In this document: piece after piece, positions 1-12,097 of the stretch
How positions within the stretch are numbered: the first letter of the stretch is position 1
Layout of the letters: each line of letters begins with the position of its first letter
Origin: an uncultured bacterium
GTDB taxonomy: Bacteria > Krumholzibacteriota > Krumholzibacteriia > LZORAL124-64-63
Assembly (NCBI GenBank): GCA_963727525.1
Contig: CAVSGO010000007.1
Location: 1,408,001 to 1,472,000, forward strand
Direction: 5' to 3'
Length of the DNA: 64,000 nucleotides
Made by a program: the position numbers and the translations under genes
Notes under the pieces: generated by a model
The model's input: only the letters and a program-made list of their open reading frames with translations
What the model was told of the DNA's origin: nothing
Database searches by the model: none

Positions 1-38
1 GAGGGAACGCAGGGTCATTGTCGGGATCCTTTCGCGAG

Positions 39-965
39 CTACTCGGTGAACATGAACGTGACGCCGACCTGCGCACCGAGCACGGAGCCGTGCGCCCATT
101 CGGTGGCGCCCGTGTACACCCAGTGGGCCTGGAGGTCGAGCGCCAGGTTGGCGTTGAGGGGGACGAGGGCGCCGAACTGGCCGACGAAGGCGAACTGATC
201 GTCGTTGAGTTGCTCGACGTAGTCGCCGACGTCGCCGCGCGCATCGTAGTCGAGGCCATGCGACGCGGCCGCAAGCATCAGTTCCAGGTAGGGCACCGGC
301 TGGCGATAGGTGGCGCGTCCGGGCATGAAGCCCACGCCCATGGCGAACTGGTGCAGGTGGCCCGTGCCGCTGAAGACCTGGTAGCCGCCGGGATAGTTGG
401 GCATGTACCCGGACACGTCCATGGACTGGTTGCGCAGCACGGCCGTGAGGTAGACGTAGCGCTGCACCGCGGCGCGCACCTGGAACGCGTACGAGACGCC
501 GTCCTCGAGGCCGGTGAACCAGTCGCCCATCGGCAGCCCCCACCCCACGCCGGCGCTGACGGCGGCGCGGAACCGCGGCACCTCGGGATCGATCTGCGGC
601 GGGGGGGCATCGTCCGGCACGCGCCGGCCCCAGCGCGGCGGTTCCTGGGGCTCGAAGAGCACGGCGTCGTCGGGGATGAACTGTTCGGTCACGTCGGTGC
701 CCGACTCCGTCCAGATCGTCCGCACCTCGGCGTACGCGAAGACGCGCTGACTCGCGTCGCCGCGGACCACGCGCAGGTAGCCCTCGTTTTCGGCGGCCTC
801 GACGGTGACGTCGTGGTAGAGCCAGCCGTCCCAGGTCTCCACGGTCATGTGATCCCACCGCGTGGGCATGACCACGTCGGCGCGCGCAAGGGATGCGATC
901 ATCGGCAAACAGCCGAGGCACAAGAGGGCGGCGGATCGTGGGCGGAGCACGAGGGCAGCGAGCAT
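39..965 (-). CDS. Outer membrane beta-barrel domain protein
   Basis: Signal-peptide-like N-terminus; C-terminal half of alternating amphipathic strands ending ...LGAQVGVTFMFTE. Confidence 0.65.
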   Translation of the reverse strand: MLAALVLRPRSAALLCLGCLPMIASLARADVVMPTRWDHMTVETWDGWLYHDVTVEAAENEGYLRVVRGDASQRVFAYAEVRTIWTESGTDVTEQFIPDDAVLFEPQEPPRWGRRVPDDAPPPQIDPEVPRFRAAVSAGVGWGLPMGDWFTGLEDGVSYAFQVRAAVQRYVYLTAVLRNQSMDVSGYMPNYPGGYQVFSGTGHLHQFAMGVGFMPGRATYRQPVPYLELMLAAASHGLDYDARGDVGDYVEQLNDDQFAFVGQFGALVPLNANLALDLQAHWVYTGATEWAHGSVLGAQVGVTFMFTE

Positions 966-1138
966 GCGCGGATATCCTCTTCGTCACGACCGGGGTGGCA
1001 GTCGGCCCAACGATAAGCGCCTGGCCCCGGCCTCTGCAAGGAAGACTCGGCTGGGAAGAACCGGCAAGCGAAACCTGTCGCGCTGCCGCCACCCGTGCTA
1101 TCTTCGCCACCGAAAACCGCGAACAGGAGGACGTCATC

Positions 1139-3186
<2,048 letters not shown>

Positions 3187-3190
<4 letters not shown>

Positions 3191-4128
3191 CGCAACCCCG
3201 CGCCCAGCGCCTCGCTCGCCCCGCCGTGCCCGTCCTCGACGCGCTTCTGGGCCTTTCCCTGCCCGTGCTCGACGATGGTTTCGTGCGCGTGGTCGACTAC
3301 ATGGGCGACGATGCCGCCGTGGTGCAGGCCGCGCGCGTGAGCTACGGCGACGGCACGAAGAAGGTGACCGACGACCGCGGCCTCATCCGCTACCTGTTAC
3401 GCCACCGCCACACCACGCCCTTCGAGATGTGCGAGCTGAAGCTGCACGTGCGCGTGCCCATGGACGCGTGGCGCCAGTGGATCCGCCACCGCACGGCCAG
3501 CGTGAACGAGTACAGCACGCGGTATTCCGTGGCGATCGACGCTGCGCAACGCACCGCAGCCGACGCCTGGCGCACCCAGGCCACCAACAACCGTCAGGGC
3601 AGCGGCGACCACCTCGACGACGCCACCGGCGCAGCGCTCAGCGCGGAGGAAATCTCGCTGCAACAGCGCGCCCGCGCGGTCTATCAGGGCCGTCTCGAGC
3701 GCGGCGTGGCGCGCGAGCAGGCGCGCAAGGACCTGCCGCTGTGCACCTATACCGAAGCCTACTGGAAGGTCGACCTCCACAACCTCCTGCATTTCCTCGC
3801 CCTGCGCATGGATACGCACGCCCAGCTCGAGATCCGCGCCTACGCGGCCGTGATCGGCGAGCAGGTGGTGGCCCGCTGGGTGCCGCTGGTATGGGAGGCC
3901 TTCCGCGACTACCGCGAGGGTGCGCTGGCGTTGTCGCGCCTGGAGCGCGCGGTGCTCGCGGCCACCGGCCGTGGCGATGCGGCGGCGGCTCTGGCCATCG
4001 CCGAGCAGGCGGGCTGGCTTGCCCGCAAGGCCAAGACCGGCGGCCTCGCGCGTAACCGCGAGCGCGCCGAGTGCGAGGCGAAGGCTCGCGAGCTGGGAAT
4101 CGCCCTGCCCTGGGACGCGAACGACTGA
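3187..4128 (+). CDS. thyX: FAD-dependent thymidylate synthase
   Basis: AARVSY, HTTPFE, RQWIRHRTASVNEYSTRY (RHR-x7-S motif), AREQARKDLP, HAQLEIRAYA; ATGA overlap with hutU. Confidence 0.95.
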
Positions 4129-4131
4129 CTG

Positions 4132-4740
4132 TCAGTGGATTTCGGGCGCGTCGGTGTGCAGGCCCCCGCCGCCGCTGTCGGTGTTCTGCGCACGCGCGTT
4201 GCGCTCCGAAACCTGTCGGTCGGCCCGTTCCACGAGCGCCTGGCGCACGTCGGGCGCGAGCTGATCCATGGCGGCAACACGCGTCTTGAAGTCGGCGCAA
4301 GGTAAACCCACGAGCACATAGCACGCGCCGTCACGGGCGGTCCAGGCGGCCGATTCCGGAAGATCCGACAGGTCGATCCGACCGACTTCGGCGCTGATGA
4401 CGTCGATATCGATCTTGGCACCGCTGTGCGCCCGGTAGTCGGCCAGCATCGCATGCGTCTCTTCGACCAGGGCGCGGGCGATCGTGTCCCTGGCCCGGGC
4501 CAAGGCCGTCTTGCGTGCGAGGACATCGCTGTTGAGGCCGCGGCAGTCGCCAACGCCCCACACTGTATGCGCGTCGTCGCCGCGCTGCTGCGCGACCCAG
4601 GCGGGCGCCCCCGTGAGATCGCCCTCGACCAGGGCCTGCGTGCGCAGGCTCGAGCGCATACCCGTGGCGTCGCAACCGGCCAGCAGGGCCGGGCAGGCGG
4701 CGAAAACGATGATCGCGACGAACCGACGTGGCCACGGCAT
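4132..4740 (-). CDS. LPP20-like lipoprotein
   Basis: Lipobox LLAGC; APAWV...VWGVG...ARKTALARARDTIA pattern typical of LPP20 family. Confidence 0.6.
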   Translation of the reverse strand: MPWPRRFVAIIVFAACPALLAGCDATGMRSSLRTQALVEGDLTGAPAWVAQQRGDDAHTVWGVGDCRGLNSDVLARKTALARARDTIARALVEETHAMLADYRAHSGAKIDIDVISAEVGRIDLSDLPESAAWTARDGACYVLVGLPCADFKTRVAAMDQLAPDVRQALVERADRQVSERNARAQNTDSGGGGLHTDAPEIH

Positions 4741-4840
4741 ACGGCGCCTCCCGTTCGAGTTGGCTCAACTCCCGCGGCAGGGTACCAGCGGCCCGCGAGG
4801 CCGTCAATCAGCCAGGCACGTCACCACACCAGGGATTCCG

Positions 4841-5812
4841 TCACGGGTCGAGGTCGAGCCGCAGCACCACCGGGGCGTGGTCGCTGAGTTGTGCCTGGTA
4901 CTCACCGCTCGTGAGGGCGAGGTCGAGCCGCGCCGTGTGACACGTCGCGGCCGGCGCGGCAAAGGCGGCGAACAGTTCGTCCGTGATCACGAAGTGGTCG
5001 AGATGGCTGCGACCCGGCCCCCAGGACCATCCGGCCAGCGAGCCGGTGGCCACCGACATGTCGGCGAAGAGGTAGCTGGCCGGATCGTCGAGGAACGCCG
5101 TGAAGACGTTGTTCGCCGGCATATCGGTGAGCAGGTCGTTCATGTCGCCCATCACGATCACGGCGCGACCGACGGCCTCGGACGCGATCCACTCGCTCAG
5201 CAGGTTGCAGGCGTCGCGCCGTCGCGTCTCCTCGTCGCCGCTATCGCCGGCGTCGAGCGTGCCGTCGCCGCAGCATTTGAGATGGTTGTCGATGAGCAGC
5301 ACGGGGTGGCCGTTCCACACGAGGTCCAGGACCAGCGGCGGCCGTGGAAACTCCCGCGACGAGTGGGCGAAGATCTCATAGGCGCCATCCGGACCGAGCG
5401 ACACGTGGTTCGCGTTCCACACGTAGGCGAGTTGCTGACCGTAGCTGTTGCTCGTCGCCAGCGCGCCGTCCCAGCCGGACAGGGCCCCGACGAGATCGGC
5501 GAAGCGAGCCGGCTGCGCGATCTCCTGCAATGCGACGACATCGGCATCGAGCCCGCCGATCGCCTCGGCGGCGAGCGCCACGGTGGTGGCGCCGGCGCTC
5601 ATGGCAAAGTTGTGGAGATTCCAGGTCACGACCTCGAAGGTCGAGTCGGTCCCCACACGGTAAGCGTCGAACGGATTGGACGAGACGGGCGCCAGCGGCG
5701 TCACATCGCTCGACCCGCAGCCGGTCAACCCGGCGATGAAGCCGCCGAGCGCCAGGGCGAGCGCGAACGTGACGAGGCGTCGCGAACTCGGGGATGGAAT
5801 CGACGTCTTCAA
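4841..5812 (-). CDS. Endonuclease/exonuclease/phosphatase family lipoprotein
   Basis: LTGC lipobox; VVTWNL, DVVALQEI, NHLK, VMGDMN, LDHF, SDHAPV motifs; TTG start at 5812 after GGGAGGA (start inferred). Confidence 0.88.
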   Translation of the reverse strand: MKTSIPSPSSRRLVTFALALALGGFIAGLTGCGSSDVTPLAPVSSNPFDAYRVGTDSTFEVVTWNLHNFAMSAGATTVALAAEAIGGLDADVVALQEIAQPARFADLVGALSGWDGALATSNSYGQQLAYVWNANHVSLGPDGAYEIFAHSSREFPRPPLVLDLVWNGHPVLLIDNHLKCCGDGTLDAGDSGDEETRRRDACNLLSEWIASEAVGRAVIVMGDMNDLLTDMPANNVFTAFLDDPASYLFADMSVATGSLAGWSWGPGRSHLDHFVITDELFAAFAAPAATCHTARLDLALTSGEYQAQLSDHAPVVLRLDLDP

Positions 5813-5970
5813 GGGGTTTGCGTCCTCCCGGAACCGGTCGCGGGGCGGGCAGGGCGAATCCGCCAAGTGCAGGGCGACCCCAACGTTAAGTGCTGGCCAA
5901 CGCCAGAGCCAGCTCCGGGTTCCCATTCGCCGCCCGGTCCGTTACCTTGGGTGGCCATGGGAGGTGGGGC

Positions 5971-6855
5971 GTGGCCTTAGATCTGGTTCTGCTGGCGGCC
6001 GGCCGAGGCCGGCGTTTCGGCGGTTTTAAACAAACAGCGCCCGTCGGCCCGCGCGGCCAGGCGCTGTGCGAGTACACGATCTTCGACGCGCTGCTTGTGG
6101 GCTTCGACCGCGTGATCCTGGTCACCTCGCCCGAGCTGGCCCCGGAGTTCGCGCCTTGGGCGGCCGCGCGTTTCGGCCGCCACGTGCCCGTGCACCTCGC
6201 AGTCCAGGCGCCCAGCGGCCTGCCTGCCGGACGCGTCCGTCCCTGGGGCACCGGCCATGCCGTGCTGGCGGCGGCGGAGCACGTCGCGGGCCCATTCGCC
6301 GTGGTCAACGCCGACGACCACTACGGCGTGGCCGCCATGGCCTCCCTGGCGCGGTTCCTGCGCCGCACCCCGCCGGACGCGTCACCTGGGTGGGCGATGG
6401 TCGGATTCTCCCTCGTGGAGACCCTGCCCCCGCGTGGTGGTGTGTCGCGCGCCATATGCCGTACCGATGGTCCGTGGCTCACAGCCCTGCGGGAACATGA
6501 GGAAGTGGCTCGCGACGCCAGCGGGGCACTCTCCACGCTGGCGGATGGCCGGTTGACGGCGCTGCCGCCGACGACACTCGTGTCCATGAATGCCTGGGCA
6601 TTCCTGCCCGATGTCTTCGCCCGTTTACATGACGGCTTCACGCGCTTCCGCGCCGACGCCTCACCGGAACACGACGAGTACCACTTGCCAACCGCGGTCT
6701 CCGCCTGCATCGCCGCCGGCCAGACGACGGTGCGCGTACTCCCCGGCGCCGACGAGTGGTTCGGCCTGACGAACCCCGACGACCGGTTCCTGGTGGGACG
6801 TCGCCTGGCGGAACTCACGGCAGCCGGTCGCTACCCTGAGGAACTATGGACGTGA
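5971..6855 (+). CDS. Sugar-phosphate nucleotidyltransferase (NTP transferase family)
   Basis: LVLLAAGRGRRFGGFKQ, PWGTGHAVL, VVNADDHYG, VSMNAW, WFGLT; GGAGGT RBS before GTG 5971. Confidence 0.85.
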   Translation: MALDLVLLAAGRGRRFGGFKQTAPVGPRGQALCEYTIFDALLVGFDRVILVTSPELAPEFAPWAAARFGRHVPVHLAVQAPSGLPAGRVRPWGTGHAVLAAAEHVAGPFAVVNADDHYGVAAMASLARFLRRTPPDASPGWAMVGFSLVETLPPRGGVSRAICRTDGPWLTALREHEEVARDASGALSTLADGRLTALPPTTLVSMNAWAFLPDVFARLHDGFTRFRADASPEHDEYHLPTAVSACIAAGQTTVRVLPGADEWFGLTNPDDRFLVGRRLAELTAAGRYPEELWT

Positions 6856-7135
6856 CGCGACTCGCCGAGTTGACGGCAGCAGGGCGCTAGCCCGAGCGCC
6901 TCTGGGACGAGCCGGGCATTCTGCAACGTGATCAGGCATTATCCCACGTGTCGCGGAACGAATCGGACGAGAAAAAACCCGCAACTGAGTATCTGCCTTC
7001 AAATCCAGCCGCCGCCGCATTCGTGGCGGCGGGATTGCTCTCCTCGGCGCGATGGACCATGGGCAAGGCATTCTCGCCGATCGTGCCGCGATTCTGGCAA
7101 CGTCGGCGCGGTGCAACCGACCGAGGAGGGCCGAG

Positions 7136-8173
7136 ATGTCGAGGAATCGAAAGGCGATGATCGCCACGCTGGGGATGTTCACTCTGATCGCGTTCGTCGG
7201 ATGCAGTCAAGACGACAGCACCCCCACGGCTCCGGCCGGCAACAACGAAACAGTGGTCTTCTCCGACTATGCCGCCGCGCTCGCGGCGGTTGTTCCGCCG
7301 GAGTTCACGGGCAGGGCCAAGGCAGCCGGCAACTACAGCATCTGGATCGACGGCGACTATCCGTTGCTCGGCAAGGCGATCGGCAATGCGCAGTCCGATG
7401 AGCCTATGTCGCTCTATCGCAACCTGAACACGCTCGAGTCGACGGTCGAACTCATCGAGCAGGTGCTCGCCCAGGGCGAAGGTCAGGTGGAGGCGAACGA
7501 CCCCGACGGCAACCCCGTCAATGCCAACCTCGTCGTCGAGGACCTGACCGCGCCCGTCGCGATCCCGGTCGAATGCCAGGGCGCGCTCGGTTTCGACGAG
7601 CTGACGCTGGCGCACGTTTGCCGGCTGAGTGCCGACGGCGACACCATGGCATTGAATTTCGGCTACACCAGGACCGAGGCGCGCGAGACGATCCTCAGCT
7701 GGAACCAGGAAGGCACCGAGGCGACCAGCATCTTCTACGCGACGAAGGACGTGGCTTCAGGCGAGATCGAGATCCGCGGCGCGTTCTACAAGGTCACTAC
7801 CGCCGAGACGGCATCCTGGATCTACGCTATCGGCACCGCCGGCGACGACAACACCCAGTTCGTCTACAACATGGCCTGGTACAGTGATGGCATGGGTGAC
7901 GCCGCGGGCCTGGGCTGTGTGCAGGGCAGCGGCGACCGGAACGAAAGCTTCGGCCTGCGCTACCACCAGTACCGCGCACCGTGGACGCGCGGCGTGTACG
8001 ATGCCTGGGGTCCGTTCGAGCAACTGTTCGGGCCGAGCGGCGACAATCCCTATGCCGATCTGAACGTCGATGGCGAATACCCGACCGACCGTGCCGGCCT
8101 CATCGACGAGGACGCCATGTTCGTCTACGACGACATGCCGCACGCCTTCTTCGCGAGCCCGTTCGGCGAGTAA
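7136..8173 (+). CDS. Hypothetical lipoprotein
   Basis: GAGGAG RBS; MSRNRK...LIAFVGC lipobox; acidic mature part with typical GC3 codon bias. Confidence 0.75.
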   Translation: MSRNRKAMIATLGMFTLIAFVGCSQDDSTPTAPAGNNETVVFSDYAAALAAVVPPEFTGRAKAAGNYSIWIDGDYPLLGKAIGNAQSDEPMSLYRNLNTLESTVELIEQVLAQGEGQVEANDPDGNPVNANLVVEDLTAPVAIPVECQGALGFDELTLAHVCRLSADGDTMALNFGYTRTEARETILSWNQEGTEATSIFYATKDVASGEIEIRGAFYKVTTAETASWIYAIGTAGDDNTQFVYNMAWYSDGMGDAAGLGCVQGSGDRNESFGLRYHQYRAPWTRGVYDAWGPFEQLFGPSGDNPYADLNVDGEYPTDRAGLIDEDAMFVYDDMPHAFFASPFGE

Positions 8174-8206
8174 CCGCACTCGCATTGCGCCCACCGCGGC
8201 CTCCGT

Positions 8207-9382
8207 TCAGTCGAGCGGAGGCCGCGGCACGCGGATGCGCAGGCACACGAAGAAGCCGGCCATGGCGATGGCGGTGGCCAGCAGGAAGACCCAGCGAAAG
8301 TTGATGCTCTCCCACAGGTAGCCCGAGAGGATGGGCAGGGTCATCGCGACGATATGGTCGATGCCCTGTCCCACGCTCATCGTCGACGTGATGTCGGCGG
8401 GATCGACGGCGATCTTTTGCAGGTACGTGGTGCGCGCCACGCGCAGACCGAAGAGCGTCTGGTCGAGGATATAGGCGCCGTAGAGCAGGCGCAGGTCCCA
8501 TGGTGCCGGCAGCAGATCGCTCGCGAAGGCGTAGCTCAGACAGATGACGATGAGCAGCAGCTCATCGACGGCGAGCACGGCGCGTTCGCCCACCCAATCG
8601 ATCACGTCGCCCAGCAACGGCCGCAGCACCACGCCGAGCGCGGCCCCCATGAAGAACAGCGACGCGATGGTGGCCACGCTCACCCCATGGAGCTGGATGA
8701 GTACCCACGAGCCGAACACATAGAAGATCTGCTTGCGGATGCCGAAGAGCGCACTGATCGCGTAGTACACGCCGTACTCGCGGCGCAGCACGAGGCGGCG
8801 GCTCGGCGCGCGGCCGCGGTCCACCTCCATCCGCGAGAACAGGTAAGCGCCGACGATGGCGCACGCGGCGCCGAGGGTGAAGAACAGGCGGTAGCGGTCG
8901 CCCAGGAACTTCGCCAGCAGGAACACGCCTCCCGCACCGATCAGGATGCCCACGTTGGTCGCCGCACCGAACTGCCCGAGGCGCCGGCCTTCGCCGCCGC
9001 GGGCGGCCAGCTTCAGCCCCACGGCACCGCTGAGCGCGAAGTTCATGTGATCGCCGAGCGACCACACGAAGATCCACCACACCACGAGCGCGTTCACAGG
9101 CGACAGGAAGGCCGTGCCGAGCGCGCCGGCCGCCGTCACCAGGGCGGCCAGCGCCAGCATCCGCGTCTCGCGGAAGCGCACCACCAGCGCGCTGATCACG
9201 AAGATGACGAGGAAGCCCGGCAGTTCGCGCGGAAACTCGAGCCACCCGCGCATTTCGGTATCGAAGCTGTGGACCTCGGCGAGGAAGTTGTTGAGCGACG
9301 CGTTGAAGACGCCGCTGACCGCACCGAAGCACATGCTCGCAAGCAGCATCCGACGCAGATCCTGGCGCAACGGATGGGTCAC
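8207..9382 (-). CDS. MFS transporter
   Basis: About 12 hydrophobic segments; LEFPRELPG and GDVIDWVGERAVL MFS-like loops; GTG start after GAAGGA. Confidence 0.85.
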   Translation of the reverse strand: MTHPLRQDLRRMLLASMCFGAVSGVFNASLNNFLAEVHSFDTEMRGWLEFPRELPGFLVIFVISALVVRFRETRMLALAALVTAAGALGTAFLSPVNALVVWWIFVWSLGDHMNFALSGAVGLKLAARGGEGRRLGQFGAATNVGILIGAGGVFLLAKFLGDRYRLFFTLGAACAIVGAYLFSRMEVDRGRAPSRRLVLRREYGVYYAISALFGIRKQIFYVFGSWVLIQLHGVSVATIASLFFMGAALGVVLRPLLGDVIDWVGERAVLAVDELLLIVICLSYAFASDLLPAPWDLRLLYGAYILDQTLFGLRVARTTYLQKIAVDPADITSTMSVGQGIDHIVAMTLPILSGYLWESINFRWVFLLATAIAMAGFFVCLRIRVPRPPLD

Positions 9383-9407
9383 GGAGGTGTCCTTCGGGAG
9401 CGGTGAT

Positions 9408-9572
9408 CTAGAACAGCGTGTAGATGAACGGCGCCGCGGCCTGGCCCGTGAAGATGAGCACGCCCAGCACCAGCAGCACGACAACCATCGGCACGATCCA
9501 CCACGCCTTGTTGCGCGCGGCGAAGCGGCCGAGTTCGGCCAGCAGGTGTCCGAGGTGCTTGAGTCGATGCAC
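9408..9572 (-). CDS. DUF5989/SxtK-like small membrane protein (54 aa, absent from ORF track)
   Basis: Translates MHRLKHLGHLLAELGRFAARNKAWWIVPMVVVLLVLGVLIFTGQAAAPFIYTLF; K-x-WW-x-x-P and APFIYTLF signature; follows carbamoyltransferase. Confidence 0.9.
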   Translation of the reverse strand: MHRLKHLGHLLAELGRFAARNKAWWIVPMVVVLLVLGVLIFTGQAAAPFIYTLF

Positions 9573-9584
9573 GGGAGCCTCCGC

Positions 9585-11426
9585 TCAGTCGAGAGGGAAT
9601 TCCTGGCGCCAGTCGTCCGGATCGTCCCACGCCGGCTGGCGCGATCTTAGCAGAACATGATGGCCCATGACCAGCGTGTCCATCTCCGTGCGCATGAAGC
9701 AGCGGTAGGCGTCCTCGGGGGTGCACACGATGGGCTCGCCGCGCACGTTGAAGCTGGTGTTGATGATCACGGGAAAGCCGGTGAGCGCCGCGAACTCGCT
9801 GATGATACGGTGGTAGCGCGGGTTGGTGTCGGCGTGCACCGTCTGGATGCGGGCCGACCGGTCCACGTGGGTGACGGCCGGGATATCCGAGCGCACCTGG
9901 TTGACGATGGTGACCACGTCGTCGGCCTTGCCTGTGGACGCGGCGGGGCGATCGGTCGGAAAGCAGCGCTCGCGCGCCACCGGGGCGACCAGGAGCATGT
10001 ACGGCGAGTCATGGTCCAGCTCGAAGCACTCGCGGCAACGCTCGGCCAGCACCGACGGTGCGAAAGGCCGGAACGACTCGCGGTACTTGATCTTGAGGTT
10101 GAGCTGCGACTGCATGGCCGGCGAGCGCGCATCGCCGACGATCGAGCGATTGCCCAACGCGCGCGGCCCGAACTCCATGCGCCCGCCGAAGAGCCCGATG
10201 ACCTCCTGGCCGGCGATGCGCCGGGCGACGTCGCGCTCGAGCTCGCCGTCGGAAAGGGTGTCGTAGGGCAGGTCGAGATGGTCGAGCCAGGCCGCGATGT
10301 CGGCGTCGCTGAACTCGGGGCCCAGATACGTGCCCTCCATGCGGTCCTGGCCGTCGAGCACCCGCGGGCCGTCCTCGAGCATATGCCAGGCGTAGAGAGC
10401 GGTGCCCACGGCGCCGCCGGCGTCGCCGCTGGCCGGCTGGATCCACAGGTCGGTGAACGGGCCCTCCCGCAGCACCCGTCCGTTGGCCACGCAGTTCAGG
10501 GCCACACCACCGGCGAGGCAGAGATTCGACTCGCCCGTCACCGCGTGGGCATGGCGCGCCATGCGCAGCACCACCTCCTCGGTGACCTCCTGGATCGACC
10601 GGGCCATATCCATCTCCCGCCGCGTGATCACGCTCTCGGGCTGCCGCGGCGGCCCGCCGAAGAGGCGGGCAAAGCGCTCGTTCGTCATCGTGAGGCCATC
10701 GACATAGCCGAAGTAGTCGAGGTTGAGGCGGAAGCTGCCGTCGCTGCGCAGGTCGAGCAGCTCGTCGCGGATCTGCGTCACGTAGCGCGGCTCGCCGTAC
10801 GGCGCCAGGCCCATGAGCTTGTACTCGCCGCTGTTCACGCGAAAGCCCGTGAAGTAGGTGAAGGCCGAGTACAGCAGACCGAGGGAGTGCGGGAAGTGGA
10901 TCTCCTCGAGAATGCGCAGGCGATTGTCGCGGCCTGCGCCCAGGCTCGAGGTGGCCCACTCGCCGACACCGTCGAGCGTGAGGATGGCCGCCCGGTCGAA
11001 CGGCGAGGCGAAGAACGCGCTCGCCGCATGGGCCTCGTGGTGCTCGGTGAAGAGGATCTTGCCGGGCTTGCCCGCGCCCGCGCGCTGGAGTTCGCGTTCG
11101 ATCTCGGCCGGGATCCACAGCTTCTCGCGCAGCCACACGGGCATGGCCTGCAGGAAGGGGCGCATCCCGCGCGGCGCCACGCCGAAGGCCGTCTCGAGGA
11201 TGCGTACGAACTTCGTGAGCGGCTTGTCGTAGAAGACCACCGCGTCGATTCCGCCCGCGGCCACGCCGGCCTCGGCCAGGCAGTAGCGCACGGCGTGACG
11301 GGGAAAACCGGCGTCGTGCTTGCGGCGCGAGAAGCGTTCCTCCTGGGCGGCGGCGACGATGCGACCATCGCGCACCAGGCAGGCCGCACTGTCGTGATAG
11401 AAGGCGCTGATGCCCAGGATGGTCAT
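9585..11426 (-). CDS. O-carbamoyltransferase (NodU/CmcH family)
   Basis: MTILGISAFYHDSAA, AAQEERFSRRKHD, EHHEAHAAS, DGVGEW, GEYKLMGLAPYG, AGGVALNC, EFGPRALGNRS, NTSFNVRGEP. Confidence 0.95.
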   Translation of the reverse strand: MTILGISAFYHDSAACLVRDGRIVAAAQEERFSRRKHDAGFPRHAVRYCLAEAGVAAGGIDAVVFYDKPLTKFVRILETAFGVAPRGMRPFLQAMPVWLREKLWIPAEIERELQRAGAGKPGKILFTEHHEAHAASAFFASPFDRAAILTLDGVGEWATSSLGAGRDNRLRILEEIHFPHSLGLLYSAFTYFTGFRVNSGEYKLMGLAPYGEPRYVTQIRDELLDLRSDGSFRLNLDYFGYVDGLTMTNERFARLFGGPPRQPESVITRREMDMARSIQEVTEEVVLRMARHAHAVTGESNLCLAGGVALNCVANGRVLREGPFTDLWIQPASGDAGGAVGTALYAWHMLEDGPRVLDGQDRMEGTYLGPEFSDADIAAWLDHLDLPYDTLSDGELERDVARRIAGQEVIGLFGGRMEFGPRALGNRSIVGDARSPAMQSQLNLKIKYRESFRPFAPSVLAERCRECFELDHDSPYMLLVAPVARERCFPTDRPAASTGKADDVVTIVNQVRSDIPAVTHVDRSARIQTVHADTNPRYHRIISEFAALTGFPVIINTSFNVRGEPIVCTPEDAYRCFMRTEMDTLVMGHHVLLRSRQPAWDDPDDWRQEFPLD

Positions 11427-11968
11427 CGCGGCGCCTCCAGCTCGGCGAGCAACGCCGGCTCCACGCCCGCGCCCTCGGCACGCCCCAGGGTTCGTGCCGC
11501 GCGATCCTCCTCGATGAATTGCCGCGCACAGCTCTCCGATGTGGCCCCACGCCGGCGCGGGATCCACGCCGTCAAGCCGGGCGCGAGTGGCCGGCGCTGC
11601 AGCGGGTCGAGGCCGCGCAGGCGCACGACCAGCGCCGACGGCACGACGACGATGACGAACAGGGGCACCAGGAGCAGCCAGGTCAGCACCAAGCCGACGC
11701 CGCGTCCGAAGCCGCGCGTCAACCGGCGAACCGGACGCAGCCACAGAGGCCGCCACAGTCCGACCAGGGCCTGCAGGGCGCCCAGAAGCACGAGCACGTT
11801 GCCGAGGGTGACGTGGCCGAGGAGGTGACGCATCACGACGCCCAGGCCGAGCGTCACGAAGCCCTGCAGCAGGCCCTCGCGTCGCAGACGAGCCAGGGCG
11901 CGCGCGCGTTCGGCGTCGACAGAACGCTCGCGCCAGTTCCAGATGCTCCTGCCCGCCGTAGACGTCAC
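11423..11968 (-). CDS. SxtJ-family membrane protein
   Basis: Several TM segments plus DPLQRR...TAWIPR...RQF tail; ATGA overlap with carbamoyltransferase; start uncertain. Confidence 0.7.
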   Translation of the reverse strand: MTSTAGRSIWNWRERSVDAERARALARLRREGLLQGFVTLGLGVVMRHLLGHVTLGNVLVLLGALQALVGLWRPLWLRPVRRLTRGFGRGVGLVLTWLLLVPLFVIVVVPSALVVRLRGLDPLQRRPLAPGLTAWIPRRRGATSESCARQFIEEDRAARTLGRAEGAGVEPALLAELEAPR

Positions 11969-12097
11969 CGCGTCATGAACTCGCTTGGTAGAGTATCCCG
12001 CCTGAAAGAAAGAGCGGGCTTCCCCGCTCGAACTCGGCTAATTTGAGCCGCGGTCTTAGTATCGCCCTGGCCCCGGAAAAAGGCAAGAGCACCGGCC

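Noticed and set aside
9408-11968. Saxitoxin biosynthesis cluster
   Set aside because: Only sxtI/J/K-like genes, which are widespread; no sxtA, sxtG or other core genes.
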